This document shows positions 13,137-21,600 of a stretch of 64,000 nt of DNA, in pieces. Position 1 is the first letter of the stretch. Each line of letters begins with the position of its first letter. The notes below the pieces were generated by a model. The model was not told where the DNA came from. It saw only the letters and a program-made list of their open reading frames with translations, and did not search any database. The DNA is from an uncultured Nitrospiraceae bacterium (GTDB taxonomy: Bacteria; Nitrospirota; Thermodesulfovibrionia; Thermodesulfovibrionales; Dissulfurispiraceae), in NCBI GenBank assembly GCA_963705105.1, contig CAVPIW010000007.1:64001-128000 (forward strand), written 5' to 3'. Both the position numbers and the translations under genes were made by a program.

Positions 13137-13326
13137 TGTTTATCACCCGTGCAATCCTGATGTCCACATCTATGCCGTCCAGAGGATTTTTCAGGGGAAG
13201 TATGCCGAGACAGATCGCCTCTTCGAGCATGCCATCAAGGATTCTCAGGTTCTGCGCATAGTCGACTTTCTCTTTCCTCTTGAGGTTTCGATCAAATTCC
13301 TCCAAAAGAGCAGCATTCTTAATCAT
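13129..13326 (-). CDS. Small protein overlapping the NTase start (putative partner/antitoxin)
   Basis: 65 aa, GAGG RBS, overlaps downstream NTase gene by 8 bp. Confidence 0.7.
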   Translation of the reverse strand: MIKNAALLEEFDRNLKRKEKVDYAQNLRILDGMLEEAICLGILPLKNPLDGIDVDIRIARVINSV

Positions 13327-13404
13327 CGTGTTCCTCGGGGATGGTTGGCATTCATGTTATCCCCATTATACATGCCATTTGACGTATAGACAAGAATCCG
13401 GAAT

Positions 13405-13534
13405 CTTCGAAAACATTGCCGCGGCGACACCTGTATCGTGACGACCTTTTTGCTGATACTCACACTGTTACTGACACTGTTTTTCAGAGCGCTTCGCCCC
13501 GCCTTTCCCGAAAGTGTATTGCAACGATAAGGTT
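13405..13534. repeat. Family A repeat, chimeric/truncated copy
   Basis: GCGGCGACACCTGTATC, CTCACACTG..CTGACACTGTTTTTCAGAGCGCTTCGCCCCGCCTTTCC and TTGCAACGATAAGGTT modules shared with other copies. Confidence 0.8.
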
Positions 13535-13962
13535 TACCTGTCCTTTGGACGAATCAATTTCAACGGCGCCCGGCTGTGCTTGCGGTAAACGATAAAGTCA
13601 GAATCCAGGGTGAAGATGCAATGATGATCAAACACTTCAGCCATCCTTACCATACACGCATCTGCCAGAGACATCGGCATGTCCTGGTATTTCTTTAACA
13701 GTGAGAGGACTTCTTTGACATGTTCCTCAAGATGAAAAGCAAGATGGAGCACCCCCTTTTCCAGCAGCAGGAGAAGTTCAATCTGAGCTTTAGGATTCTG
13801 CGCAAGCAGGAACAGAGTTTCGGACAATACGGCCTCGCACACCAGCATAGGAGGTATCAGGCGCTCCACCTGTTCAACCGCCCAGGCATGATAATTGTCG
13901 GTCTTATCGAGCAGGGCTACCAGGGGGCCGGTGTCAACGATGACGCTTTGAGTCTTTCCCAT
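13534..13962 (-). CDS. PIN-domain (VapC-like) toxin
   Basis: IVDTGPLVALL...VLSE...MSLADAC...IFTLDSDF acidic PIN tetrad. Confidence 0.88.
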   Translation of the reverse strand: MGKTQSVIVDTGPLVALLDKTDNYHAWAVEQVERLIPPMLVCEAVLSETLFLLAQNPKAQIELLLLLEKGVLHLAFHLEEHVKEVLSLLKKYQDMPMSLADACMVRMAEVFDHHCIFTLDSDFIVYRKHSRAPLKLIRPKDR

Positions 13963-14203
13963 AGCCCTTCATGTGCTCTGGATTGGTTGAAAGGTCTCCC
14001 GTACCGCTGCTTACAATTCCGATGCTGTCTTTCATCAAATCATACACGGTAACCTCCGGTTTTGACCTGGAATCCTTCTCAGCCTCTGATAGCCTGCAGA
14101 GCAGACCTTCCTCCACCAAATCCTTGAACTTGATACCCCGCAATGCGGCCTCTGCTTTGGCTCGACGGAAAAGGTCATCCCTTATTTCAACGGTGGTTTT
14201 CAT
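13934..14203 (-). CDS. RHH-type antitoxin (VapB-like)
   Basis: MKTTVEIRDDLFRRAKAEAALRG..FKDLVEEGL; C-terminal DLSTNPEHMKGYG; overlaps PIN gene. Confidence 0.85.
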   Translation of the reverse strand: MKTTVEIRDDLFRRAKAEAALRGIKFKDLVEEGLLCRLSEAEKDSRSKPEVTVYDLMKDSIGIVSSGTGDLSTNPEHMKGYGKDSKRHR

Positions 14204-14472
14204 TGTATTGCCTCCCTAACAGTTTCCTCTCATTCCCATTTTCCCATATAACCATATTTATGTCAAACAGTTCTCGAAAATATTCCTCACCCAACACAAT
14301 GAAGTGGTCAAAGACGTCAGATTGTAATTGTTTGAATGGAATGGTGAGGGAATGGAGCTTGACTCACCCTTGCTTGTCCGTTATGATTTAGAAAGACCGT
14401 CGAAACCTGAAACAGGACGTTTGCCGGGCGAAAGGCAAAAACGAGAGTCTCTGACAGGGAAAGGAGCAAGAT

Positions 14473-14703
14473 ATGTCGTCAGAAGCGCAGCAGGTCCTCC
14501 GGGATGCCTTGAAACTATCGCCTCTTGAGCGGGCGGAGTTAGTCGAGAGAATCCTTGCGAGTTTCTCTTTCCCTGAGAGACAGCATATTGACGAACTCTG
14601 GGCGACGGAGGTCGAAGACAGAATCGACGCATACGAGGCGGGAGATCTGAAATCAAAACCGGCCGCCGAGGTCTTTGCCCGAATTGAACGCGGCGACTTT
14701 TGA
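14473..14703 (+). CDS. Putative addiction module component (antitoxin, TIGR02574-like)
   Basis: ALKLSPLERAELVERILAS...DELWATEVEDRI; upstream of a ParE/RelE remnant. Confidence 0.85.
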   Translation: MSSEAQQVLRDALKLSPLERAELVERILASFSFPERQHIDELWATEVEDRIDAYEAGDLKSKPAAEVFARIERGDF

Positions 14704-14947
14704 TGAGAGTCGAATTTCTCGATCCGGCGGAGGCGGAACTGGTCGACGCTGTCGCCTACTACAACAACGAAAGCGAGGGGCTCGGCTTCGAATTCGCGGC
14801 GGAAGTGAGCAGAACTATCACTCGGATCATTGAGTACCTGGAATCCTATATCAAATCCGAGGGGAAGTGATCCTGATCGTTGCCGTCATGCATCTCCACC
14901 GCGCCCCGTCCTCCTGGAAGAAGCGCCTGCCGTCAAGCAAACATTGA
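14703..14947 (+). pseudogene. ParE/RelE-family toxin pseudogene (internal deletion + frameshift)
   Basis: Start frame MRVEFLDPAEAELVDAVAYYNNESEGLGFEF...RIIEY, stop at 14870; the C-terminus GILYQIRGEVILIVAVMHLHRAPSSWKKR continues in another frame to 14947. Confidence 0.85.
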
Positions 14948-14998
14948 AATACCAACTATGCAGATATTCTTCCAAAGCGGACAGGCATTATGGGTAGG

Positions 14999-15050
14999 AA
15001 GAATGGTGGGCGATGAGGGTATCGAACCCACGACCTCTTCCGTGTGAAGG
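14999..15050 (-). repeat. att site: 52-bp duplicate of the tRNA-Val 3' end
   Basis: AAGAATGGTGGGCGATGAGGGTATCGAACCCACGACCTCTTCCGTGTGAAGG identical to 33280-33331. Confidence 0.97.
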
Positions 15051-15303
15051 TGTTTCGATACTCCGCTGCTGAATCCATACCCTTACAATCCTCTTTATTT
15101 TCATGCCCTTTTTAGAGTCTCGATCAAATCAGGTTATGCCCGTTTATGCGCATTTCTGCGCACCTACTGCATAGTTTAGCGCATAGCAGGAGAGGCATGA
15201 CCGTTTGACCCTGCAATAAGAGACTCTTTTGGGGAGAACATCAGGTCGGCTATCAGGGGTTCTGAAACTCAGGCTCGGGGTTGTAAAGCGAATCATAACG
15301 ATG

Positions 15304-15510
15304 TGTCGGGATGTTTTACATATGTCGCTGCCTATGACGAAACGCAGAATCACCTAATTATTGCACAAAAAGCGTCTTTTCGACGCTTACATTCTCTCCC
15401 TCTAAGCATAATACTTCAAAACAACCCTGTCGGATTTCATTACACTAAAACTGTGGTGAGTATTTTTCACCAATAATTCAATGCCATCTCGAACGGGCAT
15501 GATGCTTGCT
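15304..15510 (+). promoter_or_regulatory. Two TGT-N11-ACA boxes (15304-15320, 15428-15444) and sigma-54-like promoter (15495-15510)
   Basis: TGTCGGGATGTTTTACA, TGTCGGATTTCATTACA; GGGCAT-GATGC-TTGCT fits -24 GG/-12 GC spacing. Confidence 0.65.
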
Positions 15511-15624
15511 TTTTACTGTCGGGGTATTGTATTCGGTCATCAAGTCATGTACAATCTGAGTCATGTAAATCAGTTCTAAGACAATAACCTGCTGAAATTT
15601 GCACGATCTTCGGAGGAGGACACC

Positions 15625-18600
15625 ATGTCAGTTCGCAATGCCGTGACGAGAGGACAGTTCTTGCAAGGCCGGTTTTGCCGCGCTATCGCCACGATACTCA
15701 GTTTCCTGATGGTCGTGCAGGTCTGGCCTCTCCAGGAGGTGGCCGCAGCCCAGAAGAGCAAACCCGTCTTACAGCCCTCCTCTGCAATCGTCCAGGAATA
15801 CAATGATCTCAGTTCATTTATCGAGACCCTTCCCGACAGCACGCTGAACAAAGGGCAGAGGAACAGCCTCCTCAGCAAACTTCGCAACTCCCTGGCAGCT
15901 TATCAGCGCGGCAAGCCCTGCACGGCGGCAAACATCCTCAACGCCTTCCTGAACGAAACCGCAGCCATGAAGAGGCAGTTTGGGATCGCCCAATACCTGA
16001 ACAACCTCGCCGGCGCCCTGAGGCACCATCTCCTGGCAAGTCTGCCGCCTGACTTCAAGTGCTCGATTGCCGACACGAATGCCCCGCCCGTCGCCGATGC
16101 AGGCCCGGACCAGACGGTCAAAGTGGGAGCCACCGTGACTCTCGACGGCAGCGCATCGAATGATGCCGACGGCGACCCCCTGACCTTCAAATGGTCCTTT
16201 GTCAGCATCCCCGAAGGGAGTGCAGTCGCACTTTCCGGCCCTGCGACAGTCAATCCCACATTCGTCATCGATAAGCCCGGCACGTACGTCGTGCAACTCA
16301 TCGTCAACGACGGCCATGTGGACGGCGCACCCGACACCGTGAGCATCAGCACGCAGAACTCACCCCCGGTTGCCAGTGCCGGTCCCGACCAGACGAAAAA
16401 AGTCACAGAGATGGTCACCCTTGATGGCAGCAAATCGAGCGATGTAGACGGCGATCTGCTGAGGTTTTCGTGGTCCTTTGTCTCAGTCCCGGAGGGAAGC
16501 ACGGCCACCCTTTCTGATGCAACAAAGGTCATGCCCACATTCGTTGTAGACAAGCCGGGCACGTATGTCATCCAGCTTATCGTCAACGACGGTGCCGTCG
16601 ACAGTGCCCCCGATACCGTGATCATCAGCACCGAGAATTCCCCTCCCGTGGCCGAGGCGGGTCCCAACCAGAGCGTCCATGTCGGAGATGTTGTCACGCT
16701 CGACGGCAGCGGATCCAGCGACCTGGACGGAGATCCTCTCACCTATTCGTGGTCCGTTGTTTCAAAGCCCCCCACAAGCGGTGCGGTCCTCTCCAGCCCG
16801 GCTTCACAGCATCCCTCGCTCACCGTCGACAAGGCGGGCGTCTATGTGATCCAGTTGATCGTCAATGACGGGAAAGTGAACAGCGAGCCGGACACGGTCA
16901 CCGTGACGACCTTCAACACGCCGCCGGTGGCCGATGCGGGCCAGGATCAGAACGCCTTTGTGGGACAGACGGTTGTGCTTGACGGCGGCGGCTCCTACGA
17001 CATAGACGGAGATCCCATAACCTACGGGTGGTCTTTTACGAGCATCCCCCTGGGCAGTGCCGTAACGCTTTCGGATCAGACCACCGTGAACCCGGCGTTT
17101 ACCCCTGATACAGCGGGGCTCCATGTCGTGCAGCTCATCGTCAATGACGGCAAAGTCGATAGCCAGCCCGATACAGCGTCCGTGAGCGTGACCGTGGCCG
17201 AGTGCCAGCCCGGCGCCACGCGGCCATGCTACGAGGGACCTCAGGGAACCCTGGGGATAGGACAGTGCAAGGAAGGCTTGCAGACCTGCGGACCGGACTA
17301 TGCATTCGGGTCCTGCGTGGGACAGGTGCTTCCGGGCGACGAGATCCTGAACAACGGCATCGATGAAGACTGTAACGGGTTAGATGCCCAGTGCATGCCG
17401 GGATCGACACAGCCCTGCTACACAGGCCCTGCCGGTACGGAAGGGGTCGGCATCTGTCGTGCGGGTACTGTGACGTGCGATGCCAACGGCGTCTACGGCG
17501 AGTGTGTCGGGCAGATATTGCCTTTGGCAGAGACTCCTGATAACGGCATCGACGAGGACTGTGACGGACGCGATGCCGTGACACAGGTGCTGCCTCCCGA
17601 TCCTGTCACGGTGGCGCCGCCCATAGACCAGACAGTCGCCACCACTGTACACGCATCGACTGCGTTTCTGTATACGGGCAGCAACCCCATCCAGACCGGT
17701 GTCGCCCCGGGAACGATCGAGTTGAAGCGTGCAGCGGTTTTGCGCGGTAAGGTCATGGACCGGGAGGGCAATCCTCTTCCCGGCATGACGATCACCATTC
17801 TCAACCATCCCGAGTTCGGCCAGACCCTGAGCCGGGCCGACGGCATGTTCGACATGGCTGTGAATGGCGGTGGGTATTTCACCGTCAAATATGAAAAGAT
17901 AGGCTTCTTCCCCGCCCAACGGCAGGTGCAAATACCCTGGCAGGATTACACTTGGCTGCCGGATGTCATCATGATGGCAGCTGACCCCCAGGTCACGACT
18001 GTCGAGCTTATTTCGAATGAACCCGTCCAGGTTGCCCGTGGCACCGTACAGACCGATGCCGATGGCGTCCGACAGGCGACTATCCTTTTCCCTCAGGGAA
18101 CGCAGGCCACCATGGTCATGCCTGATGGCAGCACAGCCCCTCTCACCACCCTGACTGTCCGGGCCACTGAGTACACCGTTGGACCCAACGGACTCAAGTT
18201 GATGCCCGCTGAACTCCCCCCGACGAGCGGTTACACCTATGCGGTGGAGTTGAGTGCGGATGAAGCAATCACAGCGGGTGCAAAGACCATAAACTTCAAC
18301 CAGCCGCTCTATTTCTATGTCGACAACTTCCTGGGCTTCCCCGTCGGTCTTCAGGTTCCGGTTGGATACTATGACCGTGATAGAGGAGTATGGGTTCCCT
18401 CTCCTGACGGTCGCGTGATCAAGATCGTCGGCATCAGCGGGCAGCTTGCGGATATCGATACCAATGGGGACAATGTTCCTGACAATGACCCTTCTCTGGG
18501 AATAGCCGAACAGGAGCGCGCCAAATTGGCGACGCTCTACAATGTCGGACAGAGCCTGTGGCGTGCCCCCATCTACCATTTCTCGACGTACGATTTGAAC

Positions 18601-21600
18601 TATGGCGTTGGCCCGGTTGCTGGTGCCGGCGGCCCCGGCCAGTCTCAGGCAAACAACTCAAACAATCCAAACCCATCATGCTCATTTGGTTCGATTATCG
18701 AGTGTGAGAACCGCTCCATTGGTGAAGTGGTCGGCGTTGTCGGCACTCCTTTCGCGCTGCGCTATCAGAGTGATCGCACGCCCGGCTATAAGAATTCCTT
18801 CACCCTCAACATTCCAGTCAGCGGAGAGACGGTACCGTCGCCCCTCAAGAGAATCGACCTCAACGTAACAGTGGCCGGCAGAACCTTTACGCAAACATTT
18901 GTTTCTGCTCCGAACCAGTCACACACTTTCACCTGGGACGGCTTTGACGGATTCCAGAGAGAGCTAATGGGAGGTCAGTCGGCTACTGTCCTAATCGACT
19001 ATATCTATGACGGCTTCTATAATCGTCCGCCGAGTCACGCTGCCAGTTTTGGCTTGCCGAGCGGGTCAAGAGTGCCCGGCGACATTCCAGCTCGTCAGGA
19101 GGTTTCACTGTCACAAAAATATACGGCCAGAGTGGGCACCTGGAGCAACCGGTCAGCAGGACTCGGGCTGTGGAGTCTAAACATCCACCATGCGTACGAT
19201 CCCGTGGCCAAAGTGCTTTATTTCGGAAACGGACGACAAAAGAGCGCAGAATCGGTGCAAAATACAATTGATACCAGTGCAGGGAACGGCACGGCCTTTT
19301 TCGACGGTGACGGCGGCCCGGCGGATAAAACGTCATTCTCTTGGCCTTCCAGTGTTGCCATTGGGCCTGACGGGAGCCTCTATGTTTTGGATTACATCAA
19401 CGGCAGAGTCCGGAAGATAGGGCCGGATGGCATCGTTAGTACCGTAGCGGGGGGTGGGAGTTGCGGGCCAGGAATAGGCGATAACGGCCCGGCGACCTCG
19501 GCATGTCTCGGTCGACCGCAGGGAATCGCCCTGGGACCGGACGGCAGCCTCTACATTGCCGACTCTGACAATCACCGCATTCGCCGAGTAGACAAAGGCG
19601 GCTTTATTGCCACCCTTGCGGGTACCGGCATCCAAGGATACGGCGGTGATGGCGGTCCGGCGACGCAGGCATATCTCAACTGGCCCAACGACGTCGCCGT
19701 GGGGTCTGACGGCAGCGTATACTTTAGCGATGGACATAACAACCGCATCCGCCGGGTCGGGACAGATGGAATCATTACGACGACAGCGGGCGGTGGAAGC
19801 GGCTATCGAAATGACGTCCCGGCGACGCAGGTGAGCATTTTCCCTTCTACTTTGGATGTGGCAAAAGATGGCAGCGTTTACTTGAGGGAGTACCCTTCAT
19901 ATCACATTCACCGTATTGCACCGGATGGGATCATCACGACATTCGTGGGCGGCGGGAGCAACCCCGGTGATGGAATCAAGGCAAGCGAGGCAGCAATAGG
20001 ATTTACCGGAGCAGTGGCCGTGGGTCCCGATGGTTCAGTCTATTTGCGCGAGTCCATGCGCATCCGCCGGGTCGGGACAGACGGCATTGTCACGACAGTG
20101 GCGGGCAACGGCAAGCAGGGTTTCGAGGGCGATACAGGCCCTGCCACAGCAGCATCGGTATTTGATACGGCGGACATAGCTGTGAGTCCGGATGGCAGCG
20201 TTTACTTAGCCGAACATGCAGCCCACCGCATCCGGCGAGTTGCATTTCCTCTGCCTGCACTTACCCCTGACCCGCTTGCTATTTCATCCGATGACGGCTC
20301 TGAGGTCTATGTTTTCAGCAGCGCTGGCCGTCATCTGGAAACACGTGATGTTCTGACCGGCACCGTGAAGTACGCTTTTTCCTACAACCAGGCGGGGCAA
20401 TTGACGCAGATCACGGATGCTGACAACAATGTTACTACAATAGAGAGGGATGGTATCGGCAATCCTATGGCGATCGTGGCCCCCTTTGGCCAACTCACAA
20501 TACTGAGCGTTGACTCTAATGGCTACCTTGCATCAATAATCAATCCGGCGAAAGAAACTACGAGGATGGCGTACACAAGAGACGGCCTGCTCGCGTCTTT
20601 CACAGACCCCAACGGCAATACATCCACTATGGAGTACGACGCCATGGGCCTTCTTCGGAAGGATCAGAACGCTGCAGGGGGATTTTGGCAGCTTGCCAGT
20701 GAGCGTTCCCCGCAGATCTCAGACGTCTTTGTGTCATCGGCGCTTGGGCGCAGAACAAGGTATCTTACCCAGTACTTGTCGACTGGCGATGTGCGCGACA
20801 CCACCACCCATCCTGACCAGACGTCCATTGTACGGCTAACCAAGACAGACGGCACCACTGAAACAACGGCACCTGACGGCACAATCACGACCGTTGTCGA
20901 GGGACCAGATCCTCTGTTCGGGATGCAGGCCCCGGTGCAAAGGAGCCTCACCATCACCGTTCCGGACACAAAGCTTGTATACACATCAGCGACGACTCGT
21001 ACTGCCACGAAGCCAAACCAAAGCCATCCTCTCGGGATCCAGTCGATCACCGAGACGAAGACTGTGAACTCGCGTGTCTTCACGACGGCATTTGATTTCT
21101 CGACTTTAACGAGGACACGCACATCACCTTTTGGCCGCCAGACAACCGAAGTCCTTGACGCCAAAGGCCTTGTCATAGAGACTCGTGTTCCCGGAATCGA
21201 GCCTGTGAAGTTCACCTATGACGCCAACGGCCGTCTGTCTTCGGCGTTACAGGGATCGCGGACGATAAGCCTTGCCTATGACACGCGGGGCAATCTCTCG
21301 TCGATCACTGATCCCCTTTTGAGGACGGTCAGTTTTGACTACGACCTTGCTGAAAGGGTTACACAGCAGACTTTCCCTGATGCCCGTGATGTGAACTTCG
21401 ATTATGATCAAAACGGAAACCTGACCTCGCTCACGCCCCCGGGAAGGCCGAGTCACGGCTTCACGCACAACGAGGTCAACATGCAGGTGGACTACGTTCC
21501 TCCCGCAATTTCGCAGGGACCGAGCACGACGACTAATTCATACAACCTTGACAAGGAGCCGACCACAATCACAAGACCTGACGGCTCCGCAATCACGTTC

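Noticed and set aside
15004..15050. Second tRNA-Val gene
   Set aside because: Only the 3' half is present (no D-arm or 5' acceptor strand); it is an att duplication
15625..15750. Tat signal in the teneurin-like protein (TRGQFL)
   Set aside because: Only one arginine of the twin-Arg motif; export route cannot be called from this
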